Below are positions 12,142-24,885 of a stretch of 48,997 nt of DNA, one piece after another. The DNA lies in contig NC_068985.1 of assembly GCF_001194135.2 (NCBI RefSeq), forward strand, positions 6,491,423 to 6,540,419, read 5' to 3'. Positions within the stretch are counted from its first letter, which is position 1, and the number at the start of each line of letters is the position of its first letter. The notes beneath the pieces were generated by a model. The model had not been told where the DNA came from and searched no databases. It saw nothing but the letters and a program-made list of their open reading frames with translations. This DNA is from Octopus bimaculoides. Taxonomy: Eukaryota. Position numbers and translations under genes: made by a program.

Positions 12142-13009
12142 GAGTGCCAGAACTCTCAGAAATAAATGTATATTGCACTATGCAGAAAGCAAATTAGCTA
12201 AGAGTAAATAACGAGTTGTGAAAATAAGAAAAGGTGATATGAGCGGAAATAATATTCTATAGCTAATTAGCGGGGAGGAATTCTTCTGCCCTCCTTTAGT
12301 GTTTTCCTTATTCGAATTTCATGTAATTCGACATATTCACCAAACGAGTGCTACTTCGTTGGATTAACTTCTGATTTTGAAGAACGTTGGAGAATTTCAA
12401 CACTAAAAATTTGTTATTCGAGCAATTCAAAGACAAAAAGCAAAAAAATGTTTTTGTAAACAGCTTAGAAATATCTCGATCATATATGAAAATTTAATTC
12501 TACAACAAAACTAAATTATATTTGCATTCAAGAGTAAAGTAGCGGCGTTCCCGTGGTATTAAATGTAATTTGCGAATTATACAACTGCATTTTACAATGA
12601 AAATAAATAAAGTAAAGTGCAGTATATAAAATTACAATTGGAATCAAATTGCATATATTTCGAAAATGTAGATTCGATATTTGATTTCGTTCATTTTCTG
12701 AATTATTCTCTCCACGTACTCGGTTTTTGCTCTTTTCTTCTGGCGTAAAATTATATTCCTCTTCTTTTTTTATGATTTCGTTTTAAACTCTTCTCTATAA
12801 CATGGATACAAACACACACACACAGACTTATATCTGCGCCCGCAGACACACGCACGCTTATATATGGAGGGGTACATATATGCATATTTATACATTCTCA
12901 GACAGGCAGTTACTTATATACACACATGCGTACTAGTACGTATACATGTCTTCACATATAACATAAACTGAAGCATAAGTATGAATATAACCACACAGTC
13001 CATGCATGT

Positions 13010-13515
13010 ACATACATACATACANNNNNNNNNNNNNNNNNNNNNNNNNNNNNNNNNNNNNNNNNNNNNNNNNNNNNNNNNNNNNNNNNNNNNNNNNNNN
13101 NNNNNNNNNNNNNNNNNNNNNNNNNNNNNNNNNNNNNNNNNNNNNNNNNNNNNNNNNNNNNNNNNNNNNNNNNNNNNNNNNNNNNNNNNNNNNNNNNNNN
13201 NNNNNNNNNNNNNNNNNNNNNNNNNNNNNNNNNNNNNNNNNNNNNNNNNNNNNNNNNNNNNNNNNNNNNNNNNNNNNNNNNNNNNNNNNNNNNNNNNNNN
13301 NNNNNNNNNNNNNNNNNNNNNNNNNNNNNNNNNNNNNNNNNNNNNNNNNNNNNNNNNNNNNNNNNNNNNNNNNNNNNNNNNNNNNNNNNNNNNNNNNNNN
13401 NNNNNNNNNNNNNNNNNNNNNNNNNNNNNNNNNNNNNNNNNNNNNNNNNNNNNNTATATATATATATATATATATATATGGCTAGATGGATAGACAGATA
13501 GATAGATAGATATAC
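13010..13515. repeat. (TACA)n/(TA)n/(GATA)n around an N-gap (13025-13454)
   Basis: Direct reading. Confidence 0.9.
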
Positions 13516-14111
13516 ATATGCATATATGGGTACAATACGTCACCAACAGTAAACAACATGAAATGCGAAAACAAATGAGTTCAATATGCAAACAACGAGG
13601 GAAACAAATAAATGCATATATATACACATATGTGCATATGTATACAGCTCATGCATATATATACACACGTAGGTTTGAGGGAAATGTTTTCGTGTGCGTG
13701 TGTGTTTCTGTGTAGTGTGTGAATGCTTTTGCAATAAATTGAATAAAAATACAAAAGAGTACTCAGAAATTATATGATTTCACAGAAAGAATAATTTCAA
13801 GGAAATTCGGTATAAGTTAATAGGTTTCTTTTATCCTCCAACCAATGTTCGCAGCGCTCAAAGGAAATGTTTTCTAAAGGAGTTTATGCTTTACATAATT
13901 CTAAGTATACGGTGAAGAGGAGAACCTGAAGCACGCTTCTATGAATGTATATCTGATATCATGAGATTTAGCATCGCTGCATCTGGTCTTTAGGGAATTT
14001 CAAACCGGGTTTAATTGTTGTTACTGATTGTAGGACCGTGTGTTTTGTTGCCGTCTTTACAGATTTTGCTGTCCTTTTGGATACTTGCAGCCGATGCTCG
14101 TTGTTTGCTGT

Positions 14112-14113
<2 letters not shown>

Positions 14114-14174
<61 letters not shown>

Positions 14175-14604
14175 NNNNNNNNNNNNNNNNNNNNNNNNNN
14201 NNNNNNNNNNNNNNNNNNNNNNNNNNNNNNNNNNNNNNNNNNNNNNNNNNNNNNNNNNNNNNNNNNNNNNNNNNNNNNNNNNNNNNNNNNNNNNNNNNNN
14301 NNNNNNNNNNNNNNNNNNNNNNNNNNNNNNNNNNNNNNNNNNNNNNNNNNNNNNNNNNNNNNNNNNNNNNNNNNNNNNNNNNNNNNNNNNNNNNNNNNNN
14401 NNNNNNNNNNNNNNNNNNNNNNNNNNNNNNNNNNNNNNNNNNNNNNNNNNNNNNNNNNNNNNNNNNNNNNNNNNNNNNNNNNNNNNNNNNNNNNNNNNNN
14501 NNNNNNNNNNNNNNNNNNNNNNNNNNNNNNNNNNNNNNNNNNNNNNNNNNNNNNNNNNNNNNNNNNNNNNNNNNNNNNNNNNNNNNNNNNNNNNNNNNNN
14601 NNNN

Positions 14605-14655
<51 letters not shown>
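14114..14655. repeat. (CT)n and (TA)n around an N-gap (14175-14604)
   Basis: Direct reading. Confidence 0.95.
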
Positions 14656-14659
<4 letters not shown>

Positions 14660-15104
14660 CAAAATGTGGGGGGTTATCTCACTGGTGATCTAAACAACTA
14701 CGTACGCTGGTTATGTGCAATAGCGGATTACTAGGTCTCGAAGATCATTGCCGAGACTTGAGTTATGGAATCATTGTTGATTTCCAATATAGCGGATATA
14801 TAACTGTTAAAGAGAACAACAAATGTTAAGGCAAGACAAACATCTCAATTATTATTACCCGATGTTTTTCAAATTACAGCCTCTAAGCAACTAGATATAG
14901 ACGAGCGTGGCTCCTTCTTTGACACACACAAAGAAAACAATAGAAATTCCGAACGTTTGCATAAGGGACCAGAATTATTCCTCGGTAGAAAGCGGGTATA
15001 ACATCAACAGCAACGAAGATGGCGATGATGCTGTTGTTGTTGTTGTTGTTGATAATGATAATGATGATGATCATAATCCTGAGCATGATCATGAGGGGGA
15101 TAAA

Positions 15105-16120
15105 GAATGAGGGGATACCAGCAGAATATGTTATTCAGAGCAGGTCAGAAGAGATTCTACAAAGAAATAAATAGAGACTGTACAGATGAAAAGTTGACAC
15201 CAGATAACATTGAAAGTCAAAGGTTTCAGAGTGAAATCTGGAGCAAAGACAAGGAGCAAGGAGGAGGCTGCATGGTTGCAAGAACAGAAACAAAACACTA
15301 CTCTGTCCCAAACAGAAAGAACAGCTCATTTCCGTTAGGGAAGTGAAGGAAATCAGTAAAAGAAAAATGAGTAACTGGAAGGCCCCGGGACCAGATGGAG
15401 TTCAAAGTTACAGGATCAAAGGATTTGGTGAATGTCATGCATGAATAACTTCACGGCTCAGCAGCTTGTTAAATGCCGACCAAGAAACACGAGAGTGGTT
15501 GACAATAGAAACGACAGTGCCTTGCTAGAAAAACTTCGTAAAAAGGCAATACGATTGACAATTACAGGCTGATCTCCCGCTTGCCTCTTATGTGGAAATT
15601 ATATGGAGTTCAGAGAGCAAATAAATGGTATGAACATAAACCCGAATGCAACCTCTAAAATGATAATGCGAAGATCCTATGGGATTTTATGATTCAGTAC
15701 GACCTTGAGATAGACAATAGGAAACCAGACATAGTGTTAATTGACAAAGAAAGCAAACGATGCTGGATCATAGATATAGCATGCCCAGCTGACAACAAGG
15801 TATGCGATAAGGAAGAAAGAAAAGTCGATAGATATGACAGGTTAGCTTGGGAGGTTAAGCCGTTGTTTTCGCTGAAAAAGGTGGTAGTAGTACCAATAAT
15901 TGTCGGAGCCTTGAGAACAGTGAGTAACAATATTGAAAAGTACATCGAAAAAATAGGGCTGCAATTAGGGTGGAGCATTTGCAGAAAACAGTACTGCTTG
16001 GAGCCTCTCGAATACTCCGAATAGTGCTCGAAAAATAAGGGATGTTACTTTAGTTCACTGGTAGTGAACAGCTGACATCGTAGTAGATCTCCAGTGTTAG
16101 AAGCTTTGCAAAGGCAATAA
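15105..16120 (+). mobile_element. R4/Dong-type non-LTR retrotransposon, internally deleted and decayed (RT start joined to RLE endonuclease and 3'UTR)
   Basis: YQQNMLFRAGQKRFYKEIN, then KMSNWKAPGPDGVQ, then KWYEHKP...ILWDFMIQYDLEIDNRKPDIVLIDKESKRCWIIDIACPADNKVCDKEERKVDRY (RLE motif KPD...ID..P..KE..K). Followed by (AAT)n. Confidence 0.9.
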
Positions 16121-16616
16121 TAATAATAATACTTTGAAAATAATAATGACAAGCTCAAAGACATATTGAAATTCTACAAGGTCCATATATAAACAGTGCA
16201 CTATAAATGACACAACATTGCACTGCCAATAAATTAATAGAACAGAAATACTAAAGCCAAAACTAAACTCTTGAAAACCCCAGACGCACAAATCTGTACT
16301 AAGTAGTACAGCGAAAGCACGCAATAAATATATTACTATTGAAAAGAGAAAAAATAACAGTCATGGCGGAAATAATTAAAGAACCACTTTTACGTCAATA
16401 CTAAATCAATGTAGCGTGCAATCTCGAATGTCTGTTTAAAATAATAGTTCCAGATTGAAAATGGAAATATATGAGACTTAAACATGGAATATTTTGAGTA
16501 ATTCTATTAATATAAAAACTTAAACAGACGTTCGTATTGCTGGTGAATACAATAAAGTCAGTGCTAAGTCTACTAGTAAAAACACGCAAGATTATTATCT
16601 GTGAGCATATCAATAT

Positions 16617-16678
16617 ATATATATATATATATATGTAGATATAGATAGATAGAGAGAGAGAGAAAGAGAGAGAGAAAG

Positions 16679-16724
<46 letters not shown>

Positions 16725-16725
16725 A
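16617..16725. repeat. (TA)n, (GA)n, (GATA)n compound microsatellite
   Basis: Direct reading. Confidence 0.95.
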
Positions 16726-17044
16726 TGAATAAATGAAAGGTAAATAGGAAGAGGGACATACATTCTCCTCTCTCTCTCCCTCTCTACTTACCTATCTATC
16801 TATCTATTTATCTATCTATATGTCTGTCTGCCTGTCTGTATACCCACGTATCTTTTTATCTATCAATCTCCATTGTCATGGAACCTCACCCCAAGAAACA
16901 AAGGTAATGTACTCCTCTTCTACCCCCGCCCCGAAAAAAACATCTATGTTATATAAATAAACAAAGTGTCTGTATATTCACAAAATTCTATTTGACAAAT
17001 TCGAGAAACGAACCAAAGCGCTAATAATAATGAACAAATAACAG

Positions 17045-17480
17045 ACTCAGTGTCAACTCATGTCTCGACACTTCATCCTACGTGGACATCCCCTCACCAC
17101 TATCTACTCCACCATTACCAGAGCACGTTCCGTGGACCGTGCATCTGCTCTTCTTCCCCGCACTCGCCCCGCTGTCTCCCGTCTCCCGCTTCTCCTCACC
17201 TACCATCCCACCAGCCTACCTCTCCAACGCACCATTCTCCGAGCCTCCCGGCGATTCCAGTACTACACATCCACTTCAAACATCTTCCCTAACCAATCCC
17301 TCTCCTCCTTCAAACGAGCCCACAACCTACGAGACCACTTGGCCCACATCTTGTTCCCTTAACCGAACCTGCCAAACCGGCTCGTTCCCTGCTCCCGTCC
17401 ACGCTGTCGCACTTGCCCTTACCTTTCGAGCCGGCGGCTTCCTCACCGGCACCCATCATCAATCCTATCATATCACCCAA
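17045..17480 (+). mobile_element. Penelope-like fragment, family A (thumb to CxxC linker)
   Basis: RHFILRGHP...LPLLLTYHP...SFKRAHNLRDHL...PCSRPRCRTCPYL. GC-rich relative to flanks. Confidence 0.85.
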
Positions 17481-18215
17481 GCTCTACCATTGTAGAGGAT
17501 TTAAATATCAGAAATCAGTGCCTGATGGAACTGAAGGAATTTCTGCTCAAACATACCCGTCACTACTTATAGAAAATGGTATTCAGCGGGCTTTGAAAAT
17601 ACCCATACAACAACTGAGGACACCGCAAAGAAGAGAAAAACAAGAGCAAATCATACCATTTATAGTGACACACAATCCATGCCACCAGAACATCTTCAAT
17701 ATCGCTAAAGCAAACCTACCGATCCTTGCACACAGATCTAAGTATAACTCTCAGTAAGAGACAACCTAAAAACTTGAAAAAACTATTAACAAAAGCAAGG
17801 TTTGACCTCAGCAACAAAAATCAAACATTCACTGTATCCAAATGCAATGATAGCCGATGCGGTACATGCCGATCAATCCATATCGGCCCATATATGAACA
17901 CAAAAACAGGGAAAATATTCACCAATGCGAACGGGAACTGCACAAGTAGAAATCTATTCTACTGCATCAGATGCCCAAATTGTGAAGAACTGTACGTTGG
18001 CCAGACAGGTAATGCATTATCGGAACGCTCACGTGTGCATCGGCAACAGATTAAAACCCCAGAATTCCGCCAAATACCACTGAGTAACCATCTGTCAACA
18101 TATGGTCAAAAAACTTTTATGATATTTCCATTTCATAAACTTTACAACATGAATGAAATTGAGAGAAAACGGAAAGGAAAAGGACTTTATTAAGAAATTC
18201 AAACCCACTCGTAAC
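17480..18215 (+). mobile_element. Penelope-like fragment, family B (thumb plus GIY-YIG endonuclease), frameshifted
   Basis: IPFIVTHNP...KRQPKNLKKLLTKARF...KCNDSRCGTC...CTSRNLFYCIRCPNCEELYVGQTGNALSERSRVHRQQI. Confidence 0.9.
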
Positions 18216-18589
18216 AAACAATGCTCAAATTAAAACCTTACCCCTATAACTAAAACACAAAAAAATCTCTCAAATGTCATCATTTCTAAAAATAAACATT
18301 GAAAAATGGTTTGGCATCATCTCTAAAAATAGTCAAACACCTACTGCTGCTGTGCAAAGGAATGTGTATAAAGGACAAAAGGACAGCCAGTCAACACATC
18401 TGTTCTGTCAGACGGGACTTTGATGACTGGTATAAAGCAGGAAATTATACGAGTCCTTATATATTTAATACGCAATATTTCATATATTCAATAAGACATT
18501 CAATACTTCATTTCATTTTACTATTTATATTATATATTCCATATTCAATATCCCANNNNNNNNNNCACACACACACACACACACACGCA

Positions 18590-18639
<50 letters not shown>

Positions 18640-18642
<3 letters not shown>

Positions 18643-18930
18643 TACAAAATGGAACAAGAACGTCGCAAACATCCAGTCAGGTGATAGAAGAAGGGACAAC
18701 AAAGCATCCAGATAGACGATACAAATAAAACAAGGACACGTCATTTGGAGTTTTCTTTCATCAGTCGAGTTCCCGATTATCTTTGCAATTTCGGCTGGTT
18801 ATATTCGATATTGCTCCAATCCGGCCAGCCCCAAGGAAAAACTAATCTAAGAGCATTAGATTCATTGGAAGAAAGCAGCGAATGTATACAAAAACAAGGA
18901 CGGCAAAAAAACGAACAATGTTATACAAAT
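18640..18930 (-). mobile_element. Possible Penelope-type terminal repeat remnant
   Basis: Minus strand GGCTGG...CCAGCCGAAATTGC...CGACTGATGAAAGAAAACTCC followed by a T-rich tract. Non-coding. Confidence 0.4.
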
Positions 18931-18942
18931 ACAATAAAAATA

Positions 18943-19325
18943 ACTGTTGGCACTCCGTCGCTTACGACGTCGTGGGTTGCAGTTGATCCAATCAACGGAA
19001 CATCCTGCTCGTGAAATTAACGTGCAAGTGGCTGAGCACTCTACAGGCACGTGTTCCGTTAACGTAGTTCTCGGGGACATTCAGCGTGACACAGTGTGAC
19101 AAGGCTGGCCCTTTGAATTACAGGCACAACAGAAACAGGAAGAAAGAGTGAGAGAAAGTTGTGGTGAAAGAGCACAGCAGGGTTCGCCACCATCCCCTGC
19201 CGGAGCCTCGTGGGGCTTTTAGGTGTTTTCGCTCAATAAACACTCACAACGCCCGGTCTGGGAATCGAAACCGCGATCCTATGACCACGAGTCCGCTGCC
19301 CTAACCACTGGGCCATTGCGCCTCC
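18943..19325 (-). mobile_element. SINE type B, full length, tRNA-derived head
   Basis: Head GGAGGCGCAATGGCCCAGTGGTTAGG...GGTTTCGATTCCC (A and B boxes). 12-bp TSD ACAATAAAAATA at 18931-18942 and 19326-19337. Confidence 0.9.
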
Positions 19326-19914
19326 ACAATAAAAATATTAACAGGATATAACAATAGGTGTCTTTCGACTAACGTTTAAATTCGTTTATGGGAAACGTTT
19401 TTCAGTAGGCATATAAAAGCTGCTCTTTTATTATATCTGGTACAATCTAGTGATTTCAACATGCAGCAACAGCTTTATGATATCGTACAGAGCTGTGCCG
19501 ACGTAGTGTAGGATAAATATAGTAATAATAATAATAAATACTCCAAGGATAGGATTATAGATATGTTTCAATGCATCGCAACGTGCATTTCGACGAATCA
19601 ATTGATTTAGTGTCCAAAGACCACATACCTGTTCTTCATGGAGAGAAGGGAATAGGCAGAACGTTTACATTCAAAAATAGGGAGACGATATTAGAAACTA
19701 TATTTCTCTTTCTTTATAATCCATGATGTTGGAAATTCAAAAAGATTTTAATAGAAATTATAAACATATTTTTGTGATTCTCAAATCGATATATTTGTAT
19801 ATTGCAAATATCTATATTCATATACAAACACATACAGACACACACACACCACCCTTCCACATACACGCCCTTATACATACATACATACATATATATATAT
19901 ATACTAAGACAGAA

Positions 19915-20042
<128 letters not shown>

Positions 20043-21249
20043 TTAGAGATATATAGAGAGAACTTTAAAGCATAACATTTTAAGTATTGTTTCGGATATA
20101 TATAATTATGAAATATTTTGCATGTAATTCAATCTGCAGGCATATCTGCAGTAACATACACTTTAAAGGAAATGAATTAGATCAACTTAATAACCATCAA
20201 TATCGGGGTAGCAGACGTATAGAAGAAACGCATATTACAAGCTTGGAGATCAAAGATATAAATTCTTTTAAAATATAGCTATAGGCATGTTTAAAAAAAT
20301 CGATACTTGTGAAATATATTTGAAACTTCCTATGATTTATAATGTGATGTCATTTTGAAATGTACATAATTGCATGAAGTATATTATTTTGCCAACTGAT
20401 ATCATAATAATTGTTTCCTTTTTTTAATTATTCTGTAATGGAGTTGATTGCCGTTTGAAATAAAAGTGTATGTAACTCTCTACTGAAATCAATTTAATCT
20501 GACCTCTGTTATTCTATCAACCTCTCCGTATATCTCACTATTTCTGTATACTTACATACATACACACACACGTATGTGTGTGTGTGCGTGTGTGTATACA
20601 TATTCATAGAACTATAATTAGTCTTACAAAAGCACGAACACACCTACCCAACCACCCTACATACATATGAATGTATATTCAATGCGTGGATCGTTAAATC
20701 GTTAGACATGCCAATATGCTAACAAACAGACAGCAACAGAAGAAACGGGTGGGAGGATAAGTTAATAGCTACGGTGATCGATTCACCGATTGACTTTCGT
20801 CGTTGGAGGACTCGCTTCTAAATAAAAAGAATATGCAGTTGTCTGATTAGTGAGCGTTTGAAATTCAAGAGTTGTTGAAATTGTTAATCAGCAACGTAAT
20901 ACTTGACTTGCTATTATCTTCTTCTGAAGATATGGAGACATTGTGGAATTGAACACCATAAAAGTAATTCATATATCAAAAGGTATTACTTTTAGGAGAG
21001 ACATGAATCTTCTTCAAACAGAGACATACGATGTTCTTCAATGTTGGTGCTATGCACAGTGAACAAATAAGATCGCACTTTGTGGTACTAATATTGCTTT
21101 CAACATATATAAAAGGAGTGCTGTTTCACAATGCATGAACGGACATTGGTAATATCAAAATGGTCATAATTGGTATTGCATTGTTTCTGTACACTACACT
21201 GTTTGGCAAATGATTGCATTCCGAAACCACCGAATTAAAGGCTCCAAAT

Positions 21250-21425
21250 TTTGGAACAAGGCCACCAATGTCCGGGGTGGGCGAAATTCGCTTGCATCGA
21301 CGCCGAAAAGATAAAAGGCAAAATCGACCTCCGTGGAATTTGAAATCAGGACGTAGAGACGGAAAAAAAATGCTCCTCAGCATTTTGCGCGGCGTGTTCA
21401 AGACTCTGTCAGCTCGCAGCCTTAA
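21250..21425 (-). mobile_element. SINE type C, strongly diverged (1st of three in tandem)
   Basis: AAAGGCAAAATCGACCTCCGTGGAATTTGAAATCAGGACGTAGAGAC...AGCTCGCAGCCTTAA. Confidence 0.75.
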
Positions 21426-21454
21426 ACAAAAACATCCTAAATGCTCGTTTCAAA

Positions 21455-21662
21455 TTTTAGCACAAGGCCAGTAATTTTGAGGAAGAGGGATAGTCGATTA
21501 CATCCGCCCCAGTACTTAACTCGTACTTATTTTATTGACTCCCGAAATTATGAAAGGCAAAGAAGACCCCGCTGGAATTAGTTCTCGGAACATAAATGCG
21601 GACGAAATACCGCTAACCATTTCGCCCGGTGTGCTAACGATTCTGCGAACTCGCCACCTTAA
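21455..21662 (-). mobile_element. SINE type C (2nd of three in tandem)
   Basis: GCACAAGGCC...TGAAAGGCAAAG...GACGAAATACCGCTAA...CTCGCCACCTTAA. Confidence 0.85.
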
Positions 21663-21676
21663 ACGGTAGGAATATT

Positions 21677-21900
21677 CATTTCTACTCTAGTACTCCAGAC
21701 ACAAAGCCTGATAATTTTGGGGAAGGGGCGAGTCGATTACATCGACCCCAGTGCGTAACTGGTACTTAATTTATCGACTCTGAAAGGATGAAAGGCAAAG
21801 CAGACCTCGGCTGAATTTTAACTCAGAACATAAAGGCAGACGAAATACCGCAATGCATTTTGCCCGGTGTGCTAACGTTTCTGCCATCTCGCCGCCTTAA
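21677..21900 (-). mobile_element. SINE type C (3rd of three in tandem)
   Basis: CATTTCTACTCTAG...ATCGACCCCAGTGCGTAACTGGTACTTAATTTATCGAC...CTCGCCGCCTTAA. Confidence 0.9.
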
Positions 21901-23074
21901 ACAGCCGAAATATTGAAACATATTCGTGACTGGTTTGCTCTGTAAACTCTAAGCATACCAGCTCGTACACTCGTAAATTATCCGCCGAGCCTTTATAGCA
22001 CATAATTTCAAGTGATACTGAAAATAGCGCATCAAACAAAATGAAGGGAGTGAATGCTCAATTAAAGTAAAACAATCAATTTCAATTCAATTGTTTAAAT
22101 ATATGTCGTTTAAAACACTTTTTCTTCAAAGCAGCATCAAATTTCATTTCGAAATTGAATATCAACACAGTTATTCATTACTTGAAGTTATTCTCTCTCT
22201 TATTTGTGCCAAAGACAATACAAGTAAACGATAAAATCACCGATACCTGTAAAATTCTCAACTCTGATTTTCTACTAACCAAAAAATAGACCATACAGTT
22301 CAATGTTTCAAGTTACATAAATACAAAAACTGAATTTGCTTAAGAAATCTTGAAAATGGAGAGAATTTGAATGGTGAATGTACTTAAATCTATTTTAGAT
22401 TATAACATTTTCTACAATTAAAATGATCAGAAATCCTCTGCCACGTAAAGATATTATATAACGTAGATAATTAGAAAATTTGGAGATTAGGCAGTGTGCA
22501 CTAGTTGTCATCTTCCTGGCTAAATCTAATTAATGACTCGTAAGAATTGTAAAAATTTGGTGAGATTTCATTTCAATTTATGGTTTCCATATCCGTATTA
22601 TTGTCTAATTAGTATATCTTTGGTATTGCAAGGTAATTCGTAACCATTCCATCGTAATATCTGGGAATTATATGATGTAGCCTAGTGGGTATGTCGGGAT
22701 CTTAGATATGTAAGGCACTACAGATATGGCTTTGACATCCCACGTAAAAGAATCTGGTGGCCAGATTTCGGTGTTTATCATGAAGTTGGACAGTTCAATA
22801 TGAGAAGTATAGATGGCCACAGCTTACAGGAATTTCATCACGATATTCGTAGAAATACTTTTAAAAATAGCAGTAGATTCGAAACTAAGCGCGATACATC
22901 CAGTGGATGCAAATCTACATTTAAATCTATTTTACGATGAATGAAGTCTTTAAATTGTAACCAAACTTGAGATCAGGCTACATTCCACCCCCCCCCCCCA
23001 ATAAACATGTGAGGCTTTGCCAATCATATTCGTTTTCAATATTTGGCCTGCAATGTTGAAGTGGTGGTATATAT

Positions 23075-23155
23075 CTGTTGTATCGACTCCAGTGATCAAG
23101 TACCTATCTTACTGACCCAGGAAAGATGAAAGCAGGACCGACCTCAACAGAAATT
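23075..23155 (-). mobile_element. SINE type C, partial
   Basis: ATCGACTCCAGTG...ACTGACCCAGGAAAGATGAAAGCAGGACCGACCTC matches the type C body. Confidence 0.55.
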
Positions 23156-23592
23156 AATTTAATAATAGTGATAGGCTCACCACCAGCTGAGACTTGCAAA
23201 TGAATACTTCATGCGAATTGTGTATAATAGCCAGCGTGCATAAGATTGGATTGGATTCTAAGTGAGACTGCTTTATATAGTTGAAAGAATGATTACACTA
23301 TGCACAAAAATGGATTGCAAACATCACATGATACATCGTGTCATAGAGAGTAGGAATTCAGAAGATTCTATTTCTCAAGAAATAATCATAAAAGCAAGGC
23401 GCTGTGTAGTGCTTTCTTCATTTGTAAACACAAATGTTTTCCATTTCATATACGTGCAAAGCATACACACATGCATACATACATTATAGACATGTGTATG
23501 AATGTATTTATGTATGCATAGATGCATGCGTTTATGTATGTATGTTTGTATGCATATATATGTATGTATATTTGTATATAAGTGTGTATGTA

Positions 23593-24385
23593 CACAAGGT
23601 GCGTTCAAAAGTATCAGACTGACATTTTTCGCATTAAAACTAATACCGCGTTGGCAAAAGCCTTTAGGTATAAAGTAAAACCACGCTTCCGACGCATGCC
23701 TGAAACGTTTTGCAATAGCGCGCCGCGTCATTTCCTGGTTATTACGCCTAGAGTATAGTAGATTCTTGTTTTCACCGAACGCATCGAGCAGAAATGCTTG
23801 GAAGTTAACGATAATCTTGCTGATACTCAAACGCAAACAATTCTGATGATTCGGCAGGCTTTTGGTGATGATGCCATGGGGAAAACTCAGATCACCGAGT
23901 GGCACAACCACTTCAAAAATAGCTGCACTTCAAATATGGTGAGCATGCCGCCCACAGGCCGAAACGAAAAGCTGATTGAAAAGGTTCGGCAAATTGTCAT
24001 GGGAGACCGTGGTGTAACAATCCAGGAAATTGCTCAAGAAGTAAGAATAGGCACAGAATCAGTGCATTCCATTTTAACGGAGAATTTTTGCACGCGGTGT
24101 GCATCGGCAAAATTTACCGGTAGAGTAGCAAAAGCAACTTCACGTGGAAATTGCTCCGGCTATGCTGGCGTGTGCAAACCACAGCCCAGACACCACGAAG
24201 ACCATCATCACATGGATTTATGGTCTCTAGACTAGACGGTCACAGCACGTCTTTACACTATGTGTAACAGCGGGGGACTAACGAGGCCTACCGGCGTGAA
24301 AACATGCTCACATGCGCAGAAAGGATGACGTCACCCTTCCCCCACGTGACATTAGTTTTGGCGGAAAAAGATTAAAGTCGAATAC
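23593..24385 (+). mobile_element. Mariner transposon (irritans-like), internally deleted, right TIR truncated
   Basis: Left TIR CAAGGTGCGTTCAAAAGTATCAGACTGACATTTTTCGCATTAAAACTAAT, partly mirrored at 24352-24385. Transposase N-terminal HTH: TQTQTILMIRQAFGDDAMGKTQITEWHNHFK...IQEIAQEVRIGTESVHSILTE. No catalytic domain. Confidence 0.85.
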
Positions 24386-24639
24386 ATCAAATAATCAAAA
24401 CAATAAATTAATGATGGCTAAAAATACATGGATCCTTGGTAATGTATAAGATATCATTTCCTTCCTGCCTGAAAAAATGTTGCCTATGAAGACATAGCAA
24501 TAACAACTAATTTCTAGACCGTGCGATGGTATAGTTTCAAACGATATTTCATTTCAATATTACTTCTTGCTTTCGCGATCACGCGAAAGACACAGCTGTT
24601 TGGATGTTGTTGTACGTCGATGATCAGAATTCGCTTCGT

Positions 24640-24885
24640 ATCGTTTTAGCTTTCGAATGATCCGACCCCACTGGCTAGGAAAGCAAGCCAGTATTACTAC
24701 TGACCGGCAGGCTAGTTCGTCGCATTGTTACCAATTTAGAACTGAGCGAACTGGAGCAAGATGAAAGGCAGTGTTTTGTTCAAGAACAAAACGCCATAAC
24801 GTCACAGCCCGTCGTAGGTGCAGAAATCGAGACCACGATCTCGTGATCGTGAGCGCAACATGCATTGCCACAAGGACTCGCTCCT
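24640..24885 (-). mobile_element. SINE type D (CORE-like body), diverged
   Basis: Minus strand GCGCTCACGATCACGAGATCGTGGTCTCGATTTC (tRNA-like) then GTTCTTGAACAAAACACT...TTGCTCCAGTTCGCTCAG (CORE-like). Confidence 0.6.

Noticed and set aside
18299-18455. Protein-like frame KNGLASSLKIVKHLLLLCKGMC...DDWYKAG
   Set aside because: No recognisable family or splice signals. Probably a decayed LINE scrap, but it cannot be assigned.
18943-19325. tRNA genes in the SINE heads (also types A, C and D)
   Set aside because: A/B boxes are present but there is no complete cloverleaf, and each runs into a shared SINE body.
22672-22755. A-box-like TAGCCTAGTGG plus CACGTAAAAGAATC, suggesting an ancient SINE
   Set aside because: No B box and no second copy in the window; too short to support.
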